This document shows, in pieces, positions 52,601 through 64,000 of a stretch of 64,000 nucleotides of DNA. Under the pieces are notes generated by a model. The model was not told the origin of the DNA and made no database searches. It saw nothing but the letters and a program-made list of their open reading frames with translations. The translations under genes were made by a program, and so were the position numbers. This DNA is from Leucoraja ocellata (taxonomy: Eukaryota), in assembly GCA_036785375.1 (NCBI GenBank), contig JAWMAR010000351.1, forward strand, positions 868,001 through 932,000. Reading direction: 5' to 3'. Position 1 is the first letter of the stretch. Every line of letters begins with the position of its first letter.

Positions 52601-55600
52601 ATTAAGCACAGCATGTGTTAGTCATGAAAGCAACAATCTTCCTGCTAATGATTTGCCAAACACAATCCCAACTTCAATACTGAGCTCCTAATTGAAGGCT
52701 TTAAAGGATACAATTGCACATTGATGCCAGAAAATTTGGAAGAACCCTCGTGTCCCATTTCCAGATTCAGACTATTTAAACAATTTGACATGCAAGACTG
52801 CATCATATTCATCTTGGGTCAGCAAGATACCATCGAAAAGTAATCCAATCCCTCTTTGAAAAAGTTATAAAAACAAGATGACCCCTTGCAAAGGGTTTTC
52901 ATGACATAAAGTAGATATATCAAAGATAATTGTATAATATGGAAGAAGTAGAATACTTAAAGCTGAATTATGACGAGCAGGATATAAAACAAAACAAAGT
53001 GATAAATTGTATATGCTAGAAATCCAAAATAAAAACAGAAAAGATTCTATACACTGAGCAGGTCAGGCAGTAAGTCGACAGACAAAGGATGTTTTTTACT
53101 TAAAACATTGACCGCCTGTCCATAGATGCTACCTGACCAAAATGTTTGCAATAATTTGGTTTTTATTTAGACCAAGATAATATTGGTTCAAATTAATAAA
53201 TAAAGGCAAATATAAACAGTTCTTCCCTGATGTCAATCTTCCCACAAAGCTATAGGAAACTCTGCTATATCTAAACATCTCTTATCTCCTCCTGCCATCT
53301 CATACCCCTAAACCAAAAACCTGTAAAATGGTCTGAAATTTGAAGGGCCAAAATGAAACATTGTAACGTGCCAAATACCTGCTTAGTCAGCAACGTTTGT
53401 ACAGAGGAGAGATCACGGCCATAATCATCTGTCTTCAAACTGTTTTCTTTCTCACCTACGAAATATGAAACAAGAAACAAATGCAACTAAAATCATGTGA
53501 AATATATTTCACCAAGTATCCCCAATTTTAATTACTCCACAAGAAAAGGTCATGAATTCTGCTGCCCTTCCTAAACCCTCTATCTTCATTAAAAATGTTC
53601 ACAAAACCCTATCTCTACTGTATTATCGGATAGGAAATTCATGGGTTTATTCCCTAGTCAGAGCATCAGCTCTCGAGCTAGTGCAAGGGACAGGAAATGC
53701 TGGGTTACAAAAAACTGACAAATAGTGCTGGAATAACTCAGTGAGTCAGGCAGCATCTCTGGAGAATGTGGATAGGTGATGTTTTGGTTCAGGAGCCTTC
53801 TTCAGACCAATTGTGGTTGGGGAGAGAAAGCTGGAAGAGAGGAGAGGCAGGACAAAGCATGGCATGTGACGGGTAGATACAGGCAAGGAGGGGTTTTGGT
53901 AGGTAGATGGTTGGACAAAAGCAAGAGATGAAAAGACAAAAAGGTGAGAGATAAGGATAGAAGAAGTGCGATTGTGAAGCCAGAGAAACAAATATGAGTG
54001 GAGGGGGGGGGGGAAGGGAGAAATGTGCGTCCAGTTGGTGTACAGGGAGGGGCGTGGAGAAGTTGTTGGGGGGAGGGGGGTCTTTTAGATTAGTTACCTA
54101 AAATTGGAGAATTCAATGTTCATACAGTTGGCTGTAAGTTACCCAAGGTGCTGTTCATCCAGTTTGCATGTGGCTTCACTCTGGCAATGGAGGCGGCCCA
54201 GAGTAAAAAGGTCAGAATTGGAAGGGGAGTTACAATGGTTAGCAACTGGGAGATTCAGTAAGGAGGATCGAGCACAAGCTGAAGTAAAGGAGGCCACCTT
54301 GGGAACACTGGATGTAGTAGATGAAGTTAGTGGAGGTGCATGTGAAACCTTGTTTTATTCATGTGTTTGATTTACCTGATAGCTTCGCTACCTAACCTTC
54401 AATGACCAGCAAGTTCACAACAGCCGACAAACTTACCGATCCACGACTCAACCACATCCGCCTTCCAATTAAACTGCAAGAATGCAGAATTCTCATCCAG
54501 CTTCGCTTTCCTCTGGGCAGCTGCTTTCTCCAACTCTGTCACCTTCGCTTCCAATCCCTTCAACTTTGCAGTTATATTCTCAACATAATGATTGTTCTGT
54601 AGGTGATAGAAAATAGCTTCAGTACAAGTTATTTATGTGCATCTCTGCAAGCTCTAACATTAAAGGGACTACAAACGTGACTATCGTATATTGGCTAAAG
54701 TTTCCTATTAATCTCATTTCTGCCTTTTACGTACGTATGGAAATAAATGTGAAACATTGAAATATCTTGTACAATCAATTCAACGTCTGGAACGGCCTAT
54801 TTAATTTAAAGTGGTGTAAAGTGAGGGATTAAATCCTTTATACTGTATGCATTTCCGGACTGGCATAAAGCATTTATTAAAGAAAAGGTACACTCCACAG
54901 TTTCACGTGGAAGTTTTAATGACCCTGGAGAAAACGGCCGAGCTCTAACATCCCCTAAGCACGTGTATGTGCTGGGTGAAGTGAAACCATCTCAATGACC
55001 CTTTCACAGGTATTACATAGTTCAGACAAATGCATAAATAAGCATTTGAAAGGATTACAGAAAGTAAAAGGAACAGCGTGCTCGTGTATTGCAGCCAGTT
55101 GTTAATACTTCTAAATGAGGGCACCAAAGATAATTATTAGCAAGTCCTTTGGCCCCAAGTCAGATTTGTAGAGGATGTCAAATATAGAGTCACAATCAAA
55201 GAAACACTAGCTGCAAGACTAGTATTAATTTCTTTTAAAAACTTTTGTTTTCTCTCTTTTGCTAGGTTCTTCCCCCTGACATAATGCTGGTGAACAATTC
55301 AACAGCAACATTTACTGCTAACTCAAAGTAAATCACATGCTCGTTCTAAAATGTTGATTGTCATTCAAGCATGATGAAGAGTTGCATAGCTGAGTCAAGG
55401 GTTGCTAATTCAATGAACACTTGACTGCTGATAGCGAGAATAAATCCAGTCATTTCTTCCATCCAAGAACAATAATACTGTCCTAATTCTTCTTAAAAAT
55501 GTGTTCATAAGCATGTGAACAAGAATGGCAATGCCACATTGATCACGATCACCTATTCCTTGCTTCCCTCAGGCAACAATCACTTCAGTCCTAGTAATGA

Positions 55601-58600
55601 GATTGCATCCACTGTGTAATCGTGACATTTATTTGCTACTGTTATCTGGCGCTCAAAATAAGCAAACTCAGAAACCAAACAAAACCCATTCCTAACTGAT
55701 ACCCGAACAGTACTAAACATTCAGTTTACAATGAACTACTGGTCAGTCAGCTCTTGACAGGCTGCAATGTTAATATCTTGCCCAACTAAAGCATCTTGTA
55801 GTAACAAACGTGTAAAGTCGGGGCTGGGGCGGTGGAAAGCGATGGTTTTGGTCCAAAAAAAATCAATAGCCCAGAGCACAGAAAGTGAGGGTTTTCCCAG
55901 TCAGCAGTTAAAGATTAAAGCAAAAATCCAAACAACCATTAACAATAGAAAACATATTCAAATTAATTTTTAAAAACCTCTTACCTTCTTTACCAACTCC
56001 TCACCACTTGTACAAACATCATGCACTCGATCACGGTGAACTGTGAAATCAGTTTCAAATGCTTCATGTTTTTTCAACAATCCCTTGGAGAACGGAGAGA
56101 AATAAAATTAAAAGCAAGTCTACAATAATTAGATACAGCACTGGAAATAGACAGTATAAAGTAGAGAGAAAACAAACTGCAGAGGCTGGAGTCTTGAACA
56201 AAAGTGCTGAAGGAACTCAGCGGGTCAGGCAGCATCTATTGAGAGAATGGCCAGATGACGTTTCTGTCTGAAGAAGGGTCCCGACCCAAAGCGGTGCCTG
56301 TTACTGTCCTCCACTAATGTTGCCTGACCTGATGAGTTCCTCCACCACTTTGTTTTTTACAGCTTGACAGGTGATGGGTGTTAAGTGCCAGGGATCCTCT
56401 GGGTGCAGGAGATGGGAAAGTTAGCACCATACAGATAAATAAACATTTCAGATTCAGCATTGTGCCTTGCTTATCAGAACAATTAACTGACAATATGATA
56501 GAGGTTTACCGTAACTTGCATCAGATGCTATGCAAATATTAACAAATGGGTTAAAATGGCAAATTACAAGACACTGACCTGTACAGCAGCAAGTGTATCT
56601 CCATAATCCTCGCTTGCCACCAAGTTCAACTTCTCATTGATCCATGCCTCCTCTTCCTCAACATTTGCCACAAACTGCTGGTATTCCAAGGATTCTTCCA
56701 GACGTTGTCCTCTGCAACAAAAACAGTTTGACTTATTTGTGTTTATAAAAACAATACACCAGTTCCATGCTCTCAGTATCACTTTCATAAAATACAAATT
56801 TTATTGATCCTTATCTGCATGGAAAAATTAGGAAACATCTGACTAGATTTTGAGAAAGGAACAGGGAGAATAAAAAATAACTTTGCCATCGATGGGAAAG
56901 CACAATACATTTTCTCAGTTAAAAATAGAGCATAAATGTAAATTCTTTATTGAATATTCCTACGATTGAGTTGTTTATATGTTTTGCTTTTGTTTCAACA
57001 CATCTCTCATTTGTCTTGATGGTTCGATTTTTTAATAAAGCACTAATGATCTTCAATCATAAAATATTTAATTAGTTCCTTGTGTATAAACTAGTTAATT
57101 TGTTTTTCTTCCCATGATCCTATCTAAATGCTTCAATTTCTGCTGCAGAGAAGTGATGGCATTTCAAATTTGTAAGAAGGAACTGCAGATGCCAGTTTAA
57201 TCTGAAGACAGGCATAAAAAGCCGGCAGCATCTCTGGAGAGAAGAAACGGGTGACATTTCGGGTGAGACCCTTCTTCAGACTAGTCAGGGGAAAGGGAAT
57301 GGAGAGATAGAGACAATGATGTTGAGAGATAAAGAACAATGAATGAAAGATATGCAAAAGAGTAACAATTATATATACAGGCTATTTTTAGCTGTTTGTT
57401 GGATGAAAACAAGAAGCTGGTGTGACTTGGGTGAGGGAGGGATGGAGAGAGGGGGAATGCCGGGGTTACTTAGAAGTTAGAGAAATCAATTAGCATACCA
57501 CTGAACTGAAAGCTGCCCAAGCAAAATATGAGATGCTGTTCCTCCAATTTGCATTTAGCCTCACTCTGACAATGGAGACATTTGAAATGACATTTCAAAT
57601 ATTTGATAGCTGTAAGTCACTGTGATTACAAATGGTATGATAAAATAGGTCCTTTAAGACCCAGGTCTGAAACAAGAATTTGTTCATTCTCTCCACAGAT
57701 ATCAAATATGTTTGCTGCATTTTAGACTTTTTGCACCCTCCATACACCAACCATGTCTGCAATAGCTAATAAAAACATAACTCAACAAAAACACAGCCCT
57801 CAAAAGCCATGATGGACAAAGCAAACATACCGAGCAGCTGCAAATTCCTTCAACTCCTTCCAGTGTGCCACAAACTGTGACAGTCTCTGCTGGATTTCAT
57901 CCTTTCCAATCGTATTATCATCCGACAACTTATTTCCCGTTTCCAGTACAGACTATTGCAAAAGAACAACAACCATGAGTATCCTAACTAGCATTAATGT
58001 TAACAATGAATAGACGTCTCCCAGGGTAGGGGAAATCAAGAATTAGAGGGTATACATTTAAGGAGAGAGGGTAAAGATTTAAAAGGAATCTGAGAGGCAA
58101 TCTTTTCATACAGAGGGTAGTTTTAGTATCACTAAAATGTCAGGAATGGGATGTTTAATTCTGTGGTAAATCAACAACTGCACCCTTCATTTTGTTCAAA
58201 AATCAAACATGGCACAGATTCCCATCAAAGTAGCCGGCACCCATGTAATTCTCTATTGGGGTGCCAGGACTGGCCAGCAAATGTAAATTAAAGAGAAACT
58301 GCTTCAGAGGGTCAATAACTCCGACATAAGTGTTTAAAAGATGCACTGAAGGACCAGTTTCTGTGTTGTAGTTTTATGTATATATATTGTGTATTTTTCC
58401 AAAATTGGCTAACAAGATCGTGGACGGAGATTCAATAGTTAACCTTCGGAAAGGGAAAGGGAAAATACTCAATATAGATACACAAAACAGTACAACACAG
58501 AAGCAAGCCCTATAACACATAATATCCAGGTTGTGCCAAGTTAAACTAATCCACTCTGCCTGCACACGATCCGTATCCTTGCATATACATGCACCCATTT

Positions 58601-61600
58601 AAAAGCCTCTTAAATGCCATTTTCATGGTGAATAACAGGGGAGTGAGATTCATGAATTGCTCTTTCTCTTCAATCCCATTCTGTAATTTGACCCACAGTT
58701 TACAAAGACATTCATCCAAGACTTGTCAATTGTTAATTAGGTACAATGATATACCAGTATATACATTTATTGACAAACCAGGTCCCTTGAAAAGTTGTCT
58801 TAGGCCATCATTGCTAGGTCAATGTTTTATTCAAACCTGGATTGCTGGGTCATGTGCAGCCAGCTCTGCTTCCAGGCGTTTATGCTTCTTCTTCAAGTTC
58901 TGTACTCCAGTCAGATCCCGTCCGTAATCTTCAGAACTCACAAGTAATTTCTTCTCCCTGTCCAAATATAAAGAAAATGCATCATCCTGCATCACTTTTA
59001 CAGCTAACTAGTTGTAAGATTTTCACGTTGAAGTGGCTCAACATAATTTAGTTGATTAGCACCATTTTAACAGAACATCATCACTTCGAAAGCATTCAAA
59101 AGCCCTTTCCAACTCACTTTAACCAAGATTCTTCGTCATCCAAATCACGGAAGAATTGGTGAAGTCTATGTGATTCATTCAGGTTAGCGCGACGAGTTGT
59201 GGCCATATTTTTTATTTTTTGAAACCGACTGTTCACCGCAGTGCGTTTGTCCTTTACTTGGGTGGTGTCAAAGGCATCACTGGACATGAGACTATCAGCC
59301 TGAAGATTCAAGTCTTTCAGACGGTCCTAAAACAATCAAGTAATTAAACTATTTAGAAAAGTATGTCTATGATATCATCAAACTGAAGCATTTTTGTAAA
59401 GTGGTAAGCAAGCCATTAGAACAAAAACTGCAATTTTTAAACAAACTATGGGTTTCGATAAACTGCCCAGTGTAAGCAAAGATTTTGGCCAAACCAAATA
59501 TTCTTTTGGAGCAATAAGCAGTATGAATTGTAAAATGCTTCATGTAAATACAAATGAAAAAGGGCAAATAGAATAAAATGCAGGGAGTTGAATAAGGAGT
59601 GGTCTTTTAAGGAGCTGTCAATATGTCTACTGTAAAATCAATTATTCAAATCACTAAACCAGATAAAGCATTATTTGTAATTTTCCTTTGAAAGTTATGC
59701 ATGATAACATAAAACATGCTCCATGCAAAAATCTTTGTTCCAGCAAAGCTTTATTACACAGCCCAGAGCAGAAAGCTTAACTAGCATATTCCCAGTGGTA
59801 CATGAGCCCAAATGATCCATTAACAGTTCATACACCTGTGACTCTGCTTAACGTTAATGTTTTTATTTGCAATTAGAGCCCAACTTCCATAGAGCACATC
59901 ATTACCTCATGCGCGCTAATGTCAGCTTCGAGAAGCTGATGTTTCTTCAGTAGGTTATTTACAGATGCCAGGTCCTTCCCATAGTCCTCAGAGGCTAGTA
60001 GAGCTTCCACCTGTAAATTAAAAACACAAAATGTGACTCAGCACCATGTTTAAAAAATGGAAATAAACACCTCAAACGACAGGTGGAAGGATCTTAGCGA
60101 TAGAAATGTTGATAGAATAGGTTCATACAAAATAGCAGCATAAAGCTAAACAATCATTCACAAATTCAAAATTGAAATTTTTTTTAAGAATCTTTCCATC
60201 AAGAACCTTTCACATTTATAGGCTGGGTCTGGAAAGCACAAATTCTGGATATTCAATTCACATTCTATTACTGGTCTTCCTATGAGCTTTTAATAGGAAG
60301 TATACAGGAATAAAGTGACCAGAAGTGCAACATTATGTTGTCATTACTTATTAATGTTACAATGCATGGAAGTACATAGAAGACTATAAGTACAAAAAGG
60401 TCTTGACATGACAAAGAATCAGCCAGGCATGACATCAAGGGGATAGTCACTGGTCCTTTTGTCTGCCTGAGGTTTTCTTAATTACAGGTGGGTCGGCTGC
60501 AGATGCTCGGACTCATAAATAATCCTGTATGCTGGTCCAAATTAAAATAGGATAGACTATAAGGAAAATGGGGCAAAGGTTCTCATTGGCAGAAGTGCAA
60601 CATAAGCATCGCTTTCAACTCAGAACACAGCACTAGACCTTTAACAAGCTGTGTACACCCATTTAATAATAAACCATTTTGATTAGATTGTGACTTATTT
60701 CAAATTTAGAAACCAGTGTTTCTGTAACAAAACTATTTTTTAAAAATCATAACAACCTACAGGACAAAAAGGTATGATTTTCAGTGTGCCTGTACTCTTA
60801 TGCAATTCAAGTCAACAAAAATAAGGGTAGCTAATATTAAGTCATAGAGCATTAAACAGGCCCTTCGGTCAAACTCGTCCAAGCCAACCAAGATGTCCAT
60901 CTAAAATAATCCAATTTGCCCGTTTGATCCATATCTTCCTGAACTTTTCCTATCCATATAGCTGTCCAAACGTCTTTTATATGTTATCATAGTACCTGCC
61001 TTAGCCATTTCCTCTGGCACCTCGTTCCATATACTTACTACACTGTGTGGTAGAGTTGCCACTCAGGTTCCTATTAAATCTTTTCCTTCTCACCTCAAAT
61101 CTATACACTCTAGTTCTTGATTTCCCCAATACTGGGAAAAATACTGCGCAGTTACCGTATCTCCACCCCTCAACTTCTCCTTGTAACTCATCAGTCCCTT
61201 GAATCCCAGCAACATCCTTGTAAATCTTTCCATCCGAATAGCATATTTTCTGTAGCAGGCTGACCAATGCTAAATACCTCAAGGGCAGCCTCACCAATGT
61301 TTTATACAACTGCCACATCCCAACCATTGCACTTAATGCCCTGAATATCCAGGCAGGGATTTGGATTTGCTCTATATACATTCCACTATTTCTCGAGACA
61401 TAATGATGTCCAACATGGAAAGGATGTTGAGGACTTACATTTTCTTACTTCCCAATAACACAACAATCAGATGAAAGATGTTAATCAAAATGGATTTTTT
61501 TTTAAATATCAATCTTTTGTGCCAATCAAATCTTGCCGGAAATGTCTTACATGCCCTCCCATCACCAAACACCTAGACCGAATGTGGCCACATTACCCTC

Positions 61601-63666
61601 CATAGCCATCTGTATCCAAAAAACACCCATGCATCTGATTCACTAAAAACTGCAATCTTCTGATTCACTATACTTTGCAAGATATTTTTTTATTTTATAC
61701 AGACAATTGCAGCCATTAGCAAAGCCAATGAAATGAAACTATCGATTTAATGTCAAAATCTAAAAATCTGGGCAATATTATGTGGATCCACTTACCTCAG
61801 ATAGCCAGAAGTCAAAGTCTTTGATTCCAGTGTTGAAATTTTGCTGCTTATTGGCCTCTTTCAGCTTCTGACTTTTTTCTGCTGATTTCTGCACCAAATC
61901 CCCCCATTGGTTACCCAGCGTTCCCAAACGAGCCTATTAGACAGAAGGATAATTCAAGCAGCTCGTCAGTCACCAGTTAATCTTGCTAAATCCATCCCAT
62001 AAATAAACAATCTGCTGATAGTACATGTTGCAAGTTAGACTTCGCTAAGTATCCTCATCTCATCTACACAACTATCCACTCGTACACAGACAATGAACAA
62101 TGATCTTAAAATCATTGCTATTCCAAGTCAAGGTAAAGCATTTGCACAAGCATATTGGAGTGTTTTCTCATATTTTCTTGGGGGACACATTGTTCCCCAA
62201 CAGTACAGCTTGTAGTATATAGGTTGTCCTTCATGTTTGTGTCATTAAAAGATGTGCATGCTACTAGCCCAGTACATAAAACTCTGAGGTAAGTTGCCCA
62301 AATACTTTATTGCATTACCTGTTGGCAAAATTGGAATCCAACAAAACAACATTGAACTGTTCTAAAATCAGGACCTGAAATAAGCCACTTCAAGTATATT
62401 GGCAGATATAGAGTGTAACGAATCCTATAAAATGTAATGTGTATTTACTTTGATTCACCTTTGCTAATCGTTTTCATTGAAGCAACTAAAAGATGCTGCA
62501 CATCAAAAATACCTCAGTGTGTAGACCCAGCCACTTCAAGATGCAGAAGTAATACATCAAATACCAAAAGAACAGCAGATACCTTACTTTAGGTTGTTGT
62601 TGCTTAGAGTTTTGAGATATGAATGGATGTTAAGTGCAAGCGCATCTTTCCCAGAAGAATTTGAAATTCTGTTTTCACCGACCAACCCCCTAAATACTTC
62701 ATTGCCAAGAATATCAAGAGCAATTATCTTCATTGTCCAGCCAGTGATAATGTACAAGACAAATTTATTTCTGGTCTTACGATATCCAAATTATTTATGT
62801 TCTGCAATTACCTGGACAGCATCTTCACTACCAGCACAAGCCCCTCGGTCAATCAGCGATTTCCCCATGTCAATGACCCCACGGATTCTGTCGGCATTGG
62901 CATGAAGCTCTGCTTCAAATGCTTGATGCTTCTGGTGTTTGCTCTGTAGGGGAGTAACGCAACATTCACTACACAGGTCGCCAGCATTCAAAGATTCCTT
63001 CTGAGACCTTTTGTCACAACTACTACAAAGGTATTTTGTAGTAGTTTTAAAGTGATATGACTTTGTCCTGAAATACATCAAAATTATTTATTTCCTTGGA
63101 ATTCCAGTCTTTCCACTTTCTGTTTATAGTGCATCTCAGCTATATCAGAATTTTTGAATTATTTGTATAATTTGCAACAGCCAAATAAGTTTGTGTTGGA
63201 TCAGTTGTTAACGATGTTGTACCCAAGTTTTCTTTTCTAAGATTAGTTTTACCTCAGAAAGAAGATAACCCCTTCACAAGGTCTCAGAGGAAATCACAAT
63301 TGGGATTTAACAGTGAACACGGACACAAACCACACACTAAACATCACCAAATCCCAGCAACAAGGACATTCAATTGATTTAATTTATTTAGTATTAATTT
63401 AAAACCAAATACCAGATAGTTGAATCAGCAGAATTATCTGTTACACCAGACACACAAAAGACTATAATTGCCAGAAGCAACATTAATACGACAGATGCAT
63501 CAAATTAAAAAAAAAATCGCAAGACACTCAGTAAAACTGCAAGCAGTAAATGGAAAAGGTTATGTCTGTAAAACACAATCTAACAATTTCAATATTACTT
63601 AAAAAAGACAAGACATAATCCTGGGTTAGACAAAAGCCACCAATCACTTACCAGCAGTTTGGATAG
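37949..63666 (-). CDS. SPTAN1: Spectrin alpha chain, non-erythrocytic 1 (alpha-II spectrin), 3' portion: late spectrin repeats and EF-hands; 5' part lies outside the window
   Basis: 22 exons with consistent phases, ending ...[14 protein letters not shown]. Confidence 0.97.
38400..38910 (+). mobile_element. Degenerate CR1 LINE fragment
   Basis: Decayed ORF2 C-terminal motifs and tail. Confidence 0.5.
38953..39100 (-). CDS. SPTAN1: SPTAN1 exon (EF-hand)
   Basis: [49 protein letters not shown]. Confidence 0.96.
39355..39501 (-). CDS. SPTAN1: SPTAN1 exon (EF-hand)
   Basis: [48 protein letters not shown]. Confidence 0.96.
39584..39637 (-). CDS. SPTAN1: SPTAN1 exon
   Basis: [17 protein letters not shown](K). 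Confidence 0.94.
40176..40372 (-). CDS. SPTAN1: SPTAN1 exon
   Basis: [65 protein letters not shown]. Confidence 0.96.
40490..41068 (-). mobile_element. Rex1/Babar-like non-LTR retrotransposon 3' fragment with internal (TA/CA)n microsatellite
   Basis: [55 protein letters not shown] is the typical Rex1/Babar C-terminal motif. Confidence 0.8.
41667..41721 (-). CDS. SPTAN1: SPTAN1 exon
   Basis: [18 protein letters not shown]. Confidence 0.93.
41918..42068 (-). mobile_element. CR1 LINE 3' tail
   Basis: Same tail sequence as 1477-1670 and 22755-22940. Confidence 0.8.
42215..42435. mobile_element. Fold-back Penelope-derived element with two decayed back-to-back hammerhead cores
   Basis: Arms ctcagcgggtcaggcagcat / atgctgcctgacccgctgag; CTGATGA at 42352-42358. 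Confidence 0.75.
43020..43205 (-). mobile_element. Degenerate tRNA-derived SINE fragment
   Basis: gcgtggagtttgcacgtttt core on minus strand. Confidence 0.6.
43966..45202 (+). mobile_element. Defective Tc1/mariner DNA transposon (IR/DR type)
   Basis: TA|CAGTGCCCTCCATAATGTTTGGGACAAAGACC ... GGTCTTTGTCCCAAACATTATGGAAGGCACTG|TA; ~165-bp inverted repeats and TA duplication. Transposase remnant with GRPRK, WTNETK (WxDE), [12 protein letters not shown] and GYATKY*. Confidence 0.95.
44308..45014 (+). pseudogene. Disrupted Tc1 transposase
   Basis: Paired-like HTH and GRPR motif intact; premature TGA at 44605-44607; D-to-N changes in two motifs; internal deletion near 44785 removes the region with the second catalytic Asp. 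Confidence 0.9.
46551..46613 (-). CDS. SPTAN1: SPTAN1 63-nt alternative exon (21-aa insert, [21 protein letters not shown])
   Basis: cctattag|CATAGCG...GGAAG|gttttt, phase 2-2; resembles the mammalian alpha-II-cardi+ insert. Confidence 0.85.
48050..48067 (-). CDS. SPTAN1: SPTAN1 18-nt microexon (TYLLDG)
   Basis: ctacag|GACATACCTACTGGATGG|gttaat, phase 2-2; matches the known 6-aa segment. Confidence 0.88.
48585..48880 (-). mobile_element. tRNA-derived SINE
   Basis: gggcggcaccatggtgcagcaggtagagc... head on minus strand with B-box and tail. Confidence 0.8.
49429..49541 (-). CDS. SPTAN1: SPTAN1 exon
   Basis: [37 protein letters not shown](R). Confidence 0.95.
50666..50962 (-). CDS. SPTAN1: SPTAN1 exon
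   Basis: [39 protein letters not shown]...[23 protein letters not shown]. Confidence 0.96.
51424..51633 (-). CDS. SPTAN1: SPTAN1 exon
   Basis: [40 protein letters not shown]...[10 protein letters not shown]. Confidence 0.95.
53379..53455 (-). CDS. SPTAN1: SPTAN1 exon
   Basis: [26 protein letters not shown]. Confidence 0.95.
53683..54350 (-). mobile_element. Penelope-like retroelement 3' fragment (GIY-YIG endonuclease remnant, 3' UTR, decayed hammerhead)
   Basis: Minus-strand remnants [21 protein letters not shown] (54278-54346), [25 protein letters not shown] and MNIEFSNFR*, then a pyrimidine-rich UTR and CTGAAGA...AAAACATC. Confidence 0.85.
54437..54596 (-). CDS. SPTAN1: SPTAN1 exon
   Basis: [53 protein letters not shown]. 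Confidence 0.95.
55985..56083 (-). CDS. SPTAN1: SPTAN1 exon
   Basis: [33 protein letters not shown]. Confidence 0.95.
56170..56360. mobile_element. Fold-back Penelope-derived element
   Basis: Inverted arms; CTGAAGAAGGGTCCCGACCC at 56268-56287 with GAAA decayed. Confidence 0.72.
56579..56711 (-). CDS. SPTAN1: SPTAN1 exon
   Basis: [44 protein letters not shown]. Confidence 0.95.
57170..57586 (-). mobile_element. Penelope-like retroelement 3' fragment with hammerhead core
   Basis: [28 protein letters not shown] remnant; CTGAAGA-A-GGGTCTCACCC-GAAA-TGTC at 57253-57279; 14-bp flanking duplication ATG(G/A)CATTTCAAAT. Confidence 0.85.
57831..57952 (-). CDS. SPTAN1: SPTAN1 exon
   Basis: [40 protein letters not shown]. 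Confidence 0.95.
58837..58957 (-). CDS. SPTAN1: SPTAN1 exon
   Basis: [40 protein letters not shown]. Confidence 0.95.
59118..59326 (-). CDS. SPTAN1: SPTAN1 exon
   Basis: [20 protein letters not shown]...[17 protein letters not shown]. Confidence 0.95.
59906..60010 (-). CDS. SPTAN1: SPTAN1 exon
   Basis: [35 protein letters not shown]. Confidence 0.95.
60845..61340 (-). mobile_element. Degenerate CR1 LINE 3' fragment
   Basis: LYKTLVR...[21 protein letters not shown] remnant and tail. Confidence 0.65.
61796..61933 (-). CDS. SPTAN1: SPTAN1 exon
   Basis: [46 protein letters not shown]. Confidence 0.95.
62812..62943 (-). CDS. SPTAN1: SPTAN1 exon
   Basis: [44 protein letters not shown]. Confidence 0.95.
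63652..63666 (-). CDS. SPTAN1: SPTAN1 15-nt microexon (LSKLL)
   Basis: tttttag|CTATCCAAACTGCTG|gtaagt; matches the known 5-aa alpha-II spectrin insert. Confidence 0.88.
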
Positions 63667-64000
63667 CTAAAAACAGATTAAGAGAAAAGATTACATCAAT
63701 ATTGAACGGTTAAAATATGAGATTCAATTACAATTTCCATTCATATAATACAAACAGGCCAAAAAGGATCTTCAGTTCAAAAGATTTATCTCAGAAAGGT
63801 AGGTCAGAGATCAGTGCTCAGAGCAGATAGTGTTTCCAAGTGTTAAGGCCATTAAGATGAGAAGTTATTGGGCAGAGGCCAAAGACCTTCCCTCAAAGGA
63901 GTAGTAGCGCTTTTTAAAGTTTTTATTTTAATCCAGGGAGTTCCTCTGCATCTCTGTTACTCCTTTGGTACAGCTACACCAAAGTTTCTAAACTGATAAC

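Overview
Vertebrate genomic window, most likely from a cartilaginous fish such as a skate or ray. This is inferred from its HE1/V-SINE-like, CR1-like, Rex1/Babar-like and Penelope repeats and cannot be proven from the sequence alone. It holds four protein-coding genes from the block found at human 9q34.11: intronless IER5L (-, 4833..5684); SET/TAF-I beta (-, 8 coding exons, 277 aa); DYNC2I2/WDR34 (+, 8 coding exons, 500 aa), head-to-head with SET across a ~550-bp CpG-island promoter; and the 3' part of SPTAN1 (-, 22 exons including 15-, 18- and 63-nt mini-exons), convergent with DYNC2I2. Introns carry a defective IR/DR-type Tc1 transposon, CR1 and Rex1/Babar LINE fragments and tRNA-derived SINEs. 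The most striking signal is a family of about a dozen Penelope-derived short inserts carrying minimal hammerhead-ribozyme cores. Several are fold-back palindromes or ~90-bp units with 11-14-bp target-site duplications, and two with complete catalytic cores lie in the sense orientation of SET and SPTAN1. Other candidates are an alternative SET first exon, a possible new 18-nt SPTAN1 microexon/poison exon, and a GC-AG intron in DYNC2I2. There is a 200-N assembly gap at 6760..6959. Exon boundaries were read by hand and checked for phase consistency. Gene identities rest on recalled orthologue sequences, not database searches.
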